NCBI GenBank assembly: GCA_010093605.1
Contig: MU004185.1
Span: forward strand, 1,881,334 to 1,945,333
From: Lophium mytilinum
Lineage: Eukaryota
Direction: 5' to 3'
Length of the DNA stretch: 64,000 nucleotides
A program made the position numbers and the translations under genes. This document shows, in pieces, positions 1-12,217 of the stretch; positions within the stretch are counted from its first letter, which is position 1, and every line of letters begins with the position of its first letter. The notes beneath the pieces were generated by a model that worked only from the letters and a program-made list of their open reading frames with translations, was not told where the DNA came from and did no database searches.

Positions 1-1420
1 TAATAACTCTCTCTAAATACTAGATTATATTATTTTATTATATATCTAGAGTAAAGATAAGGTTACTCTTAAGTACTTCTAAAGTAGATTTAGAACTAAT
101 AGGCGCGGATTAAGAACTAAAAAGCGCAGGTTTATAAAGATTTAATTCGCCTATAAATAGATTTACTATAATAGATACTTCTATATATAGGTTAATATCT
201 ACTATACTATATAGACTTACTACTAATAATAATACCCTATAAAAAGGGTAGTATATACTACTAAAAATAGTAATAGAATATATATAGCTTTTTAATATAA
301 ACTTATTAATATTTTCTTACTATCTACCTTTTTATCTAAGAATTCTTAACTAGCTCTCTAATCTAAGAACCCGCTAATATAATAAGGCCCCGGAATTAGG
401 CCTCTATTATATAGTAGCTAAGTAAGACTAAGCCTACTCTAAGTAAATCTAATAGGGTATAAGCTAGCTTAATTAATCTTAATAGTACCTAATTTTAACT
501 ATAAGTAGACTATATTCTAAATTTAGGCTCTAGAGCTTATAGAGGTTATTATATCTTATTACTAACTAGTTCTACTCTAGTACCTACTTTAGAAAGGGGG
601 CCTAGTTTTATACCTCTAAGCTTAGTATTACTTACCTTCTACCTAATTTATACTAAGCCTTCTAGAGTACTATACTATATTAGTCTACTAATAGTAGAAG
701 GTATTATAGAGTTAGTTTAGCTAGCTATTTCTATAGAGTATTAATATACTAAGTATTAGCTATATAGGGCCTAATTTTTAGAATATATTATATAACTTTA
801 TCTTTCTATTCTAAATACTAAGGCCTTATTCTAAGACTCTTTAGGTATCTTTTATAGACTTTCTAAGGTTTACTTTACATTATAAGTAATATAGAAGTAT
901 ATAATAGTATAGTATATATAAGTATAAGGTAAATTAATATATAATTTTATATAAATAAGCTATATAGCTTAACCTTAGCTTACTTACTACTTAGAAAGAT
1001 TTATTAGATATAAAATAGTATAGAATTCTTAGTAGACTTTTTTAAGCTTTCTTACTATAAAAATACTATAAGTATAAAAACTAGCTCTATAATATAGATT
1101 TAAGTAATATATATAGTACTTTTAAGTTACTTATCTAGATATAAAAAGCTATTACTTAAAGTTTTAGCTTATAATATTTAATATTAACTATTTTAATTAG
1201 AGTAGAAGAGAATTAGACGTAATAAGTTATAATTACGCTAATTTAGTACTTCTTAGTAGCTTTTAAGGCTAACTCTATACTAGAATAACTTCTCTCTTTA
1301 GGCATATTATAGGCTAAAATTAAAGGGTCTAAGTAAGCTATAGACTAAGAGTATACTATAAATTTTATAAGACTATAGCTTCTAATTTATAGTGGGGGTA
1401 TTTAAAAATGTAACGCGGAG
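1..1420. mobile_element. RIP-degraded AT-rich repeat/transposon relic, family not identifiable; continues past the left edge
   Basis: Very AT-rich, full of TpA (tata, ctag, taa) and almost lacking CpA/TpG; no long ORFs; abrupt switch to normal composition near 1400-1440. Confidence 0.85.
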
Positions 1421-1791
1421 CTTAAAAAAATTAGCTGAGGATTCCGTGCTATTTTGCATCCGACAAATGGGCCCATTTCTAGGACATTTTAAGCAACTAT
1501 CTCGATCCTCCCACATGGTGTGGATAGATTTATTATTGCAAGGAAAGAAAAGTAACAGTGCGCGTCGGATAGTTGCAATTCGGAGGGGATGCTTTCTCGA
1601 ACTCGTAATGGGTGGGTGGGGAAGATTGTGCCGTCGTGCACGACCTCGAGTCTTGGCTGGGCCGAACTACGCTACTCCGCTTTCGGTGCGACTTGACTAG
1701 ACTAAGAGCGTGAGGTGAAGAAGTGAATAGTGATTCAAGAGAAATTTTCTTGATTGGGCCACTTGCATAGAATATTGTGATACCCTTTTCA

Positions 1792-4406
1792 CTAGCAGAG
1801 TTCAATCTCGCGCAGATCATCCAGACATCCAGCATCGTACAATTCCCCTTGCATGCGTGCGTGAACGTAAGTCTCTCCAACCAGCTCATACTCATTGCCC
1901 TTTTCTCTCATCACAAAAAGGACTCTGGCGCCCTCTACATAAACAATCCTATCTCCTAGTCGCATCAGCTTCGGGCCCAGCCCAACATATCCATCCTGAG
2001 TAACAAACAGCTGTCGATTAGAGACGAACTTGATCGCGGTATTAACAAATATCACCGCCTTACTTTGTACACTATCTAGGAACTCCACATCTGCTGTCGG
2101 TGCATACAGGGATGTTTTGACGCGTGCCTCCGCTTCTTGAAGAGAGTTGAACAATTCGGCGGAGGGTTTCGAGGGTGAAGCTGGGAACATCTCGCCCATC
2201 CGTTCGGGGTTCGCTGCTGAATAGCCTGGACCGAGAGATTTCAGAGCCTCTGATAAGTCGAGCGAGGTTTGTGCCATAAAGCAGCGGAAGTGCGAACTGT
2301 CAAGGGTCGGTTCGCCGGGCGTGTTGGTGTGGTTGGCGACGAGTGTCTTCCAGAGCACTTCTAGGAGGTCGTCTGCTGCCCACCATTTGGGTGTTTGGAT
2401 TAGGTGACGGACGGCATCGAGGCCAGTCTTCAGAAGCATGGCTGAGGCCATCATCTCATTGGTTTGGGAACTGAAGTCGTCAAGCTGGTGGATGGCACTG
2501 ACGGTGTCGAGCGCAACCCCTCGCAACACCAGCTTCGAATGTAGTATTCTGAAGTTAAGGGTGTTCGCAAATGTGCCTGACGGGTCGTAGAGAGATTGAT
2601 TGAAAGGCTGCTTGCCTTGCGAGAGGCTATAGTCCGGAACCCAGGAAGGCAGCCCGGGTACGCGATCAGTAACGTCGGACTCTCGTTGTGTCAATATACC
2701 GAAGTTGGGAAGCTTCTGTAATAGCATCGCAGTAACATTGGTGAACAGGACTCTCAGAGGGAGTTGATAGTTTGGTACGATAATGTTGGTATTCTTCTGA
2801 TCGAGCTGTAAAAACCCAAGGGCGGCGTAGATCCGGTCATGAGCAAATTTGCTCTGCTGGTCTCGAAGTAGTTCTATACACCTGGAGAAGATTGTCCACG
2901 GCAATTGCGCAGCATCCGTCAAACCGAGACTCGTGACCAGCTCCTCGATTCCTTCGGGATTTCTCATGACTTTTGCCCATTGTTGCGATTGCTGGAAAAC
3001 TTCAAGCATCGCACCGGGTCGTCTTTTTGGCGAGCCATCGACTTCCAACAAACTGTTCACGAGGCCGGAGACACTCAGGAAGCGAGCAAGAAGCACCATT
3101 TCCGCAAACGGAATTGACAGGTGTGCAAACATAACAACGGCGTCGGGTGGAAGGGCAATCTCCTGTACGACCCAAGCGCGTGTAAACTGCTAGAATTAGG
3201 GTGGGGGGTTTTTTCAAAAGAAGAAAGCACTGCGAGTCTACTCACCCACATGTAGTTTTGGAAAAGATCTCGATAACTCTTCCATTTTTCCATTTTAGCC
3301 ATTGGTCTACCAAGACCCAAACGTTCTATCAGCTCATCCATGGTCCAATCGCCAGTCTGAATTGCTTGTCCTCCGTGTTTTTGAATGTATTTAACCATCT
3401 CAGGCAAGATGTCGAAGTGCAACATGTAGATGCTGGCAGCTTCTCGAGGATCCATCTCACCAAGCCAGACTAGTACTCTTTGGCAACCTGAATAAACAGC
3501 ATCCATGAACGCCACAGACGAAGCTTTCTCCACATCGTCCTTTTGATTGATGCAAAAAGCATCAATCCATACGTATCGCACAGTAGACTTTGCCTGCGTG
3601 ATGCGTTGAAGGGCTTCGTACAAGTTGCGACCAACATTCATCCGGTGGAATTCTCCGTCCTCTCCAACCACAATCCACTCTCTGTTCTCTTTGTAGGCTT
3701 CGACGCATTCTTGATCAACCTTGGGGGCTTGCCAGGCATATGATACGGTGAGGTACGGCGGCGCCTCAGAAAGGGCGAAAGTTTCAATTGTGCAGACCTT
3801 CTGCTTGGCATATGTCGGCAGTAGAAGGTCGTCTTCGTGGAAGCGTAGAAGGCGGATAGAGCGGGGTTCTTTCAGCGGCCGATAGTTGTACTCTCTGAGG
3901 TTGCTCGTGTCCAGTTGAGTGGTTTGGTGCGTTTGCGGTTTAGGCTTCCACATATTTTCCAAAGCGCTCTCGATGTAAGCGACGCTTCTGTCGTTCGCAG
4001 TTGCGTTTGGCCCACTAGCATCTGTCCTCGGCTTGGACGAAGACCCGTTGAAAATCAAATCAGTGATCCTGTCAGTACCTCGCGGGACAGCGAGAGCTTG
4101 AGGTTCCATGTCCTGATATTTCTTCACGTACTCTTCCTTCAATCGGTCTACAGTGACCTGCATTGATTCACCAGGTCGCTGGATGCCTTTTGCCTTGATT
4201 TTCCTTTCTAGCTCTTGTTTGCCATCCTCGTCTCCTAGCAGAGCGGGCGCGATGTAGGACTCAACTGATTGCTCTTGTGCAGCTCGAGCTCGAAGCAGTG
4301 GTAACATTGTGGCATTGAAGTCGTTCTCTCCATCTTGAGCTTTAGGATGTTTGCTACCAGACCCTTTGAAAAGCCTTTTGACTTTTTGACGAAAACCTGG
4401 AGCCAT
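1792..4406 (-). CDS. HET-domain protein (HET-6-like), 2 exons: 4406-3246 and 3186-1792
   Basis: HET motifs YRPL..SIRLL, YLTVSYAW, NLYEAL, WIDAFCINQKDDVEKASSVAFMDAVY..VLVWLG. Intron 3187-3245 (GTGAGT...CTAAT...CAG) restores W|FTRAWVVQEIAL. C-terminal DRIYAALG, LPSWVPDY, LFVTQDGYVGLGP, YELVGETYVH. Confidence 0.9.
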
Positions 4407-5012
4407 TGTGCGTACTTCAGGTATTATTCACGGAGGTGCTTAGAGAGAGGGGAATTCAATGTCCTCCTGTACTCAGGTTGTAATTGTCAACTCTGTCTTA
4501 TTTGTAGGGCCTTAGGGGGCGTATATATATGGGGTACACCCCCCAGTCTATCAGTCCAGATCGCTCTACGTGCCTCCAGCTCAGCAAGGTACACTTCTCA
4601 GCTCGTCAGGTAACAGTTTTCAGCTGGACGGGGTTCCTCCTCCAGTCGACTACTAGGTTGATCCTTGTAACCACTTTTGCCTCCTTTCCTCTCATCAATT
4701 GTCATACGCTTCCATGACTTGAGTTGCTGTTCCCTAGGTTGTAGATGCCGCAACCCGCGTCCTGTCCTCGACGGCAGCAACCATTCTTTGGTCCTTATCC
4801 ATGTCGAAGTACTTAGTTTCGGCTATGGGCCATGATCGGGCGTTGAAATGTGCGCCACGAAATTGGCGTAACGCAGTTTCGTTCAGCTTACATAGAAAGC
4901 GTCTTCTCAGCTGCCCCCAAGGGGCGTTCTTGGCGCTGTAAGGTGCAGATGCCAAGCGGCGAAGCCCGTGTCTAGAACAGGAGCTGACAATCGCCGATTG
5001 CCACGAGGTTAT

Positions 5013-6752
5013 ACACACACACACAATTTATTAACGCCCGGCGGCGGAGCCGAAAGGGCTACTAACGCTAGTCTCATGATACATTTCCTTCAGTGTGTCC
5101 CGACCTCACTTAGCCCATACGTCTGCTTTGCTCGTTTCCTCTAATAGATTCTGTTCCTACTCGAGCCCGTGCTGTATCTCCTGATCCTTCGTTCTCCTTC
5201 ATTTACCGTTTCTCTTCGGATTCTCGTGGGTTAATAGTGTTGTATTGGTAGCAGGCTGACTCAGAGTATGCTCTCTAAGTGTTCAACGTCCTATCTTCGG
5301 CGGTTGAAGCGTTGTCTGCTCTTTGTACCACGAGGTGGATGATTAGTGGTTTAGTGGTTTTTGGTTAGTGGGTATGAGGTATTTGCTGTTACTTAAGTCG
5401 TCCCGTGGCTATTGAGAATCGTATTGTTGCTCCGACTGCGTCCATGTTTGGGATCCATTTTTCATCATCTGTGGAGGCTTTCCCGCCCAGATAAAAGGAC
5501 AGGCTTCCTCTGTTTATTTGTGTATATTGTAGCATCTCTATTCGATGTTCTGTCCATCTTCTGCATCTGAAGAGGAAGTGGTCTACTGTCTCTTGTGCCT
5601 GTCCGCATTCACAGTAGTCTGTTGTTTCAGCTTTGATTCTGTAGAGGTACGTGTTTAATCTAGCCATACCTGTTCTGAGTTGGGCGAGTACGCTGGCTTC
5701 CTTCCTTGAGAGCTTGTCGTAGAGTTGCCGTGTGTACTTTCCTAGTAGTGCTGCATCAATCTTTCTGGAGTATTTGCCGGTTCTTTCTGGCAGGTTTTTG
5801 TCTAGGCTTTGTCGTCGTGCAATGTTGAGGGTTGTTGATCGCATCCTGGGGAGTTGTGTCTGTATTGTGGCTTCAGGTCTTGTAGATTTCTTTGCTTTCT
5901 GTTTAGCAAGCGTTGCCAGTTCGTGCTCCTCTTTTGATGGAAGCCACAGAACTGTCACTGTGTTTCCGTCTCTTTTTAGCATTTTGAGGGTTCTGTAGAA
6001 TTGGCTGATATACTCTTGTCTAGACTGTTGACGAGGTCTCTGTAGCGAGAGTGCTGCGGCTTTGTTTCTCGTTATCAGTATGATGTTGCGGAATCTGAGC
6101 CTTGGCAGTATATCCAAAGCTCTGGATATTGCTGCTAGTTCTGCTGAGTACGGGTTTTGCTCCTCTCTCTTGTCTAGCGTGGTAGAAAATGACCGGATTT
6201 CATCGTTTTGGATCAAGATCGCTCCGCCCATTCCTACCACTCCGTTCCGCGATGAGCTGCTTACAGCGATGCGTACCGTCCAGTCTGCGTCGAGTTTCTG
6301 TGCTGAGTCATCGATAATTGTCTGTACTCTTTTCTCCTATAGTACCAAAACGCATAGATTAATAGTTTCTATCTTTTCCATCTCTATGGTTTTCAGCGTT
6401 TCCGCTACTTGATAGAGCGGCGAACGATGTTATCTTCTGAACCTTCTCATCCGGGTTATATTTCTTCGGAGAGAATTCGTTTCAGATAACGAGTATATAT
6501 CTGTCCATAGCTTGATCGCCCGTTTTCAGAACCTTTCTTGCGCGCTGGCGATGTGGGCCTCGACTTCTGCCACCCACGTTACCGTGTGAGAAACGTCCCC
6601 GCGATAGCTTGTGCACTAATTCTTTGGACCGTATTGATCGGTCCTACGGATTTATTTTTAAATGCGTGCATCCAGACACTAGAGGCGTAGTCTATCGTTG
6701 AGACAACTGTTGAGATGAATAGTTGTCGTGCTGTCGTGGGTGACAGGCCTCA
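5013..6752 (-). mobile_element. 5'-truncated, degenerate non-LTR retrotransposon (Tad1-like LINE): end of RT, RNase H-like domain, Cys/His finger and 3' UTR
   Basis: GLSPTTARQLFISTVVSTIDYASSVW near 6750-6670; ORF 5389-6240 with SAELAAI, VTVLWLPS, LAQLRTG and CECGQAQETVDHFLFRC; minus-strand 3' end reads TTAATAAAT(TG)n at about 5034-5013; frame broken upstream of about 6400. Confidence 0.85.
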
Positions 6753-7149
6753 AAACTGCGGATTGTGCAATCAGCCGATTTTAGTAGATGATAAAGGCCC
6801 AGCACACCCCCATAGCAGCTGCTCGTCAAGAGCCATGCTCCATGCCATGTTTCCAAACATGTCCGTGCTTATGTCATACGTATCCGGCTGCCACGCACTA
6901 CTTTGGGCAGGAAAAGTGGATTCATCCCTGCCGCTATTCTTGTCTCATCAAAGAGGCGCACTAAAGCGCCAGGTAGTTTGTATTTCCGTGGTGAGTATCT
7001 TGTCACTGCAGCAATCGATTGGCACATTTGCCAAAGATCATCTAAACAAGGGTTGACCCTTAACACAAGGAAACTGCGGGAAGAGCGGGAGCAAACGGTA
7101 GAAGCTGGAAGATGCGAGAACAGCAACATCCTGCCCAACAAAAGAAAGG

Positions 7150-7330
7150 GAGGATGAAGGCTGCACTGAAGAAACAGCTGTGACGGCTGTGACGGAACGT
7201 AATTTATCCTTGAAAGTTTGTACCATGGCACCCGTTCCGGAATTCCACAGCTTGACGGTGAAGTCGCTCGATGCAAACACCAAAGTCTTGGTCAAGAGAC
7301 GTCAGACGCTTTTCTGGTGATCTATTACGG
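7150..7330 (-). pseudogene. Isolated WD40 repeat relic resembling HNWD/NACHT-WD NLR repeats
   Basis: LVFASSDFTVKLWNSGTGAMVQTFKD..SVTAV matches the fungal NLR WD repeat pattern (LASAS.D.TVKLWD..TG...QTL.GH...V.AV); single copy, no NACHT domain nearby. Confidence 0.6.
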
Positions 7331-7466
7331 TGCTCGTTGGGGCTGCCCATGTAGCTGTCGAAGATGTTTACATCCAGCCAACAACAGTTGAATGTCGCTT
7401 GCTAAAGTCAAGAAAGATTTCATTGATCTGAAGAGAACCATTTTTTAAATCTGAATTGATCTGGTT

Positions 7467-7832
7467 TCAGATTATTTGAAGCTGGATGAACATTTGCAAG
7501 AGCCCATTTGCAACAATACACTGCTGATGGTTTGCATCTACGCAAATCCTGTAGAATGCACATTCTCCCAGTCTGCACACGAAATGAACCCCTCTAGCAA
7601 CGTCTTTCTCTGGGCCTGAGATTTGTCGTTTGATCGATGCACCACAAAAACACAAAGGATTAGAAGGATCGTTTCCGCGTCTATCGGCGAAACAAAGAAA
7701 GCGGTCGCAAGAAAGACACTTGAAGTAAGGGCGTCCGGTATTTCCCTTTCGATTGCTTCTTCTTGTCACAAATCTTGTGCTTCGCTGATGGCAATTGAAG
7801 CATATTGGTGGAAATGTGGGTGCAGCCATCAA
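7467..7832 (-). CDS. Small GRF-type zinc-finger-like protein (121 aa)
   Basis: CFNC...TRRSNRKGNTGRPYFKC..C, then CFCG...GVHFVC....C.FY; two GRF-like Cys clusters, intronless. Confidence 0.7.
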   Translation of the reverse strand: MMAAPTFPPICFNCHQRSTRFVTRRSNRKGNTGRPYFKCLSCDRFLCFADRRGNDPSNPLCFCGASIKRQISGPEKDVARGVHFVCRLGECAFYRICVDANHQQCIVANGLLQMFIQLQII

Positions 7833-8024
7833 AGGGAACCCAAAGGAGTTGTTCCGCTAACTGTTATTGAGTAACACAGATTTAGGACTGAAAGCATTGA
7901 GATACCGCCATGGTAAGGAATTTGTATGTATATGATTGTGTAAGAGAAGTTTCAGATCTGAACTGGAGATAAGCTGCGGAGTGGATTTGATTAGTGAACG
8001 AAAACTAGGTCCTGGAGCTCAGAT

Positions 8025-8636
8025 ATGCTGTGCTTCATATTTAACCTCAATTATCGGCCCAGCAACATTCTCTTCCGCCATCCTCACCGAAACACGTACT
8101 TCAGAGTTCTCTGTCGCAGACGCACTACGACGGCCATAAGCTCCTGCCTCCAGCGAGGCTGGCATGCCCGCAAACAAGGCACTTCAATACCTCCCGCGCT
8201 CAAAGCCGTTGGCGATAGCTCGACCATCGACTTCGCCTATCTCCCCGAATCCGAGAACGATGTACGGTCGGAAGTTCCAGCGACGCGGATATCGCTTCTT
8301 CTAAGTACAATGTACAGCGGTGTGACCGCCAGAGCCATGCATGAGGAGACTCCCGAGCAGGTATGTCGCCGAACCCCGCGGGAGCACACGAGCACTAACT
8401 TGGTTTCATAGACGCTTCGTCCTATGATCAACCTTATCTCCGGATCCGAGACGTACATCAACGCGTCCTCGGCTATGAGCGAAGTGACGGACAATACTTC
8501 TATTATGTTCGAAGGCATCCAAGCGAATAGCTCGTCTGGCAACGCGAGACAGGAGATAGAGAATACTGCTGCTGGAGCTGTGAAGCAGTTCTTCAATGGG
8601 TTGTTGGATGATATTATCGGGCCCAAGCGGAAGTGA
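8025..8636 (+). CDS. Fungal hypothetical protein, 2 exons: 8025-8360 and 8412-8636
   Basis: Intron 8361-8411 (GTATGT...ACTAAC...TAG) joins two track ORFs in frame; DSSTIDFAYLP, SAMSEVTDN and GLLDDIIG resemble a small conserved fungal family; start codon uncertain. Confidence 0.55.
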
Positions 8637-8883
8637 ACGAAATGACTCTGTTTGAAAAACGTCCTGAGCGTTTTGCGATTGTATTCACCTATCAGCAGCC
8701 AAATCAAGCCAATGGGTCAATTTGGAGACGAATTTCCCGGCTTGATTGAGTTGAACAAGTACGATTTTATGAACGACGATATGAGCATATGTTGTTCTCG
8801 TCAGGTTTTACTTAGTATGAAATCCATCATAATATCTCACCAGCCCATGGCTTTGAAATCTGTATTTCAACTTCAGGCAGCAC

Positions 8884-9183
8884 CGCATCGTTTGTTACCA
8901 TTTAAGAGAACCCTTCTCCCAGATCTTTCCCTTCAAGCTACAGACACGTGAAATATAATATCTCAACCTGGAGGCACTATCTGGCGACCAAGAATAGTTG
9001 CCAGGGCAATGTTTCAACATTGGTCTGCAGCATCGCATTGTTTGTTGCGATTTAGGAAACCCCTCCTCCCAAATCTTCCCATTCAAGCTACAGACAAATG
9101 ATGTATTATATCTCAACCTGGTGGCACCATCTAGCGACCAGGAAAAGTTGACAAGGCAATGTTTCAACAATGGTCTGCTGCAT
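8884..9183. repeat. Diverged tandem duplication, 2 x 150 bp
   Basis: TCTCAACCTG at 8961 and 9111; TTCAAGCTACAGACA and GGCAATGTTTCAACA each recur 150 bp apart. Confidence 0.9.
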
Positions 9184-9736
9184 CTCCAATTGGCGGAACA
9201 ACCTCAAAACATGTCAAGCTGCGCCTCCTCTCGCCAGAGGAGCGCGACACGGAAATCGTTCAACTTATGCCAGACCACGTTCGGCCGAGCTCGCAAATCA
9301 TTGGACCTGATCATCATATACACCTTCGTCATCAGCAACACTTAATCATTAGTCTGCGATTCAGGAAGTCTAGCATTGGACAGCCGTTCTAAAGAAACGA
9401 GGCTTTCAAGATAGGCGTCCATAGCTGTGATAATTTGAGAGGAGTACCAAGAACACCAAGGACTAGTTAAGTGGGAGGGCAGTCATTTTATAGCTACGGC
9501 AAAGAGGCGTACTCATCCATTGCTAGCGAATTATTTTTACTTCTCTGGCATGAGTGAGGGGGGGGGGTCCATTTTCGGGCCCCTGAGCCTGAGCAGTCTG
9601 ATCACAAGGATGTGCGTCCAACAAAGATTGTAAAAATAAGTAGTTTCAAATATTGAAAAGTAAGCTAAGCAGTAAAAATTACAGGTGATGTAAGCGGTTG
9701 AACAAAGTCGATGTTGTCGCAAGTGTATGGTGAGTT

Positions 9737-11467
9737 TGCATCGACAAATCGAGCAGTGCCGAACTTTCTGAAGCCATAAACTCCATGTTCGAGTGGTACC
9801 GGAGATCTAAGGTCTGCTACGCGTACCTCGAGGGCATCTCCGCCGAGGACGTGGATCATTGCGGCGTCCCAGAGGACTGTCACTTGATTCAAGGGCAAGA
9901 AAGCGTCTTCAGTGACTCCAAGTTCGCCCAGCACCGTTGGTTTCGGCGTGGCTGGACGCTGCAGGAGCTAATCGCACCCTCCCGAGTCGAATTATATGGA
10001 GAAGACTGGGCCTATCTCGGCTCATCCCTGAAACTGCTCGACGAAATCGTTTTCATCACCGGAATTGACGAAAAGGTGCTGAATTCCAATCAAAAGCAAA
10101 AAATGGAATTCTTACGGAGAGCATCCGTTGCACAGCGAATGTCCTGGGCGGCTTCGAGAATGGTTACCCGCCCGGAGGACCAAGCGTACTGTCTGCTCGG
10201 GATCTTTGGCGTTCATATGCCGCTGCTTTACGGGGAAGGTTAAGCTGCATTTCTCCGGTTGCAGGAAGAAATTATGAAGATATCGGATGATCATTCAATA
10301 TTTGCCTGGTCGAGCGATCAACCCATTGGAGACTCGTTGCTCCTAGCCCCACATGTGTCATGTTTTAAAAAGTGTGGCACAATTATGCCGTGGAGAGAAG
10401 AAGCAACACGAGAACCCTTCTCAATGACAAATGCAGGATTGAGCATTACCCTTCCAACTATCCAAAACCAAAACGAAAGCCAAAACCAAGCTGTAGCGAT
10501 TCTATCCTGTCAATATGCTGACGAAACGTCTGGGCCTATCGGGCTGATGCTCAGGAAGGTCCATGGCCACAAGGAAGGGCCACAATCATTCCACGTCACC
10601 AAGGGGTATTGGAGAATCGACACAAGGCATATTTATGGCCGATACGGCAGGACCGTTATCGTGGATCCAGCCGAGGCAGAGACATCACTTGCTTCGAAGA
10701 GAGCGAATATCTTACTGCTGCGACAACAGCCGACAGACTTCTCTGTTCCAGTCACTGGCAAAGCTCTGGCGATCTTCAAACCTGATGTGCCTACGGCATT
10801 CTCGATCAGCCGTAGTTTTGGGGCCCCGGACCTCAACATTCCGTCGTGGTTGCGGCTCCCGTTCTCCGAGAAAGCCTTTTATCCTTCACTGCACTGGAGA
10901 CAGGCGCCATTGACAGGAATAGACACTCTATTGCTTCCCATCCAGGTAGATATCGGAGCTATTCGCATATCATATCGTGACACATCTTTCGTCGTTACGT
11001 TCGGATTAGAGAAAAGAAACTGGCACCGAGAGGCGCTCGACGCATGGATCAGAATCCATAGCGTTGAAGGTGATCTGACCGTGAAGGAAATTGTGCAGAG
11101 AGAGCAGAGAGTCCACCATGAGAATGGGTTTGCCACAAAGAAATGGGGAAATGCTCATTCCTTTACTCCTAAACAATTTCCAGACGATCGCATACAGCAG
11201 TCTATCGTGCGGAGTAGGAGAATGGGGGATTTCACATTCGAAATACACGGCAAAGCCACAAAGTTGACCATCTCTGGCGTAGATTTCCCGTCAAAATCAG
11301 AGGAGGCTAGTAAATCCCAAGCTGCTAAAGACAATTATTGGGGAACTTATCAGCCTGAAATCGAGTTTCCAGGTTGGGAGCCAGAACAGATCATGGAGCC
11401 AGGACAGATTAAGGACCCTTCGTTGAACATCAACCTATTTCAGCTCGAAGACTTGTACTACTCTTAG
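9737..11467 (+). pseudogene. HET-domain gene of HET-E N-terminal type; 5' end missing and in-frame stop at 10241-10243
   Basis: CIDKSSSAELSEAINSMFEWY, CYAYL, WFRRGWTLQELIAP, SVAQRMSWAASR.VTRPEDQAYCLLGIFGVHMPLLYGEG*AAFLRLQEEI; both track ORFs are in the same frame; a TGA lies just upstream of CIDK and no N-terminal HET motifs are visible. Confidence 0.85.
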
Positions 11468-12217
11468 AAACCGAGACAGGAATCAGAACAGCAGGAGACA
11501 GAAGAGGAAGAGGCAGAAGAGCGAGAAAGAGTACCAGCCTATCAAACATAACTTGATTGGAACAGTTTGAAGAATTGTGGCTTGGGCACCTTTGTCCATT
11601 ACTCCAACCCCACCCACCCCTTCATAACCTGAAGGTCCAGATTCTGCATCTCAGTCACCGATTTCTTGGACCCATCGCAGGGCGCTACGAGGTCTTCCAG
11701 ATGACCTGCCCGCTTGATCGAGAGAAATCTTAGCGCTTCTCTATTCGCATTGAAATTCACCGTAAACTGCATTGACTCCAGTGATATCGTCGGGCCGAGC
11801 CGCGAGACAGTGAACAGCATCATAGAAAAACTCGAAGAATTTACAGGGGAAAAGTGATACCTCTCCTGGACTTCCTTCCGAGTCGGGCTGGTCACGTTGG
11901 AAGGGTTTCTCGTATGTCGTCACGCTGCGTTCCACCGAGGATATGTTGACGGATGCAGGAAGCAGAGCGCAAGAGATGACGTCCTACGACTGTGGATCTG
12001 TCGGAACTACTTCCGGACTGACTGTGAGGTCGTCGCATGGGTTTGTCTCCTAGAATATTGAGAGAGGGGCGTTGAGGACTTTGGTCGCAGATGATACGGC
12101 CAACGTGGCGTTGATCACCCTGGCAATGAATCGCCTTTTCTCCCGGGAGTTAAGGAAATGTCGGGAGTCCCAAAATACATGCAGTAGGGCTTTGCTGCTA
12201 TTTTCCACCAGATACCG

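Noticed and set aside
10240..10264. Tiny intron removing the HET stop codon
   Set aside because: GT..AG spans only about 26 nt, has no branch site, and would delete the conserved AF.RLQ residues
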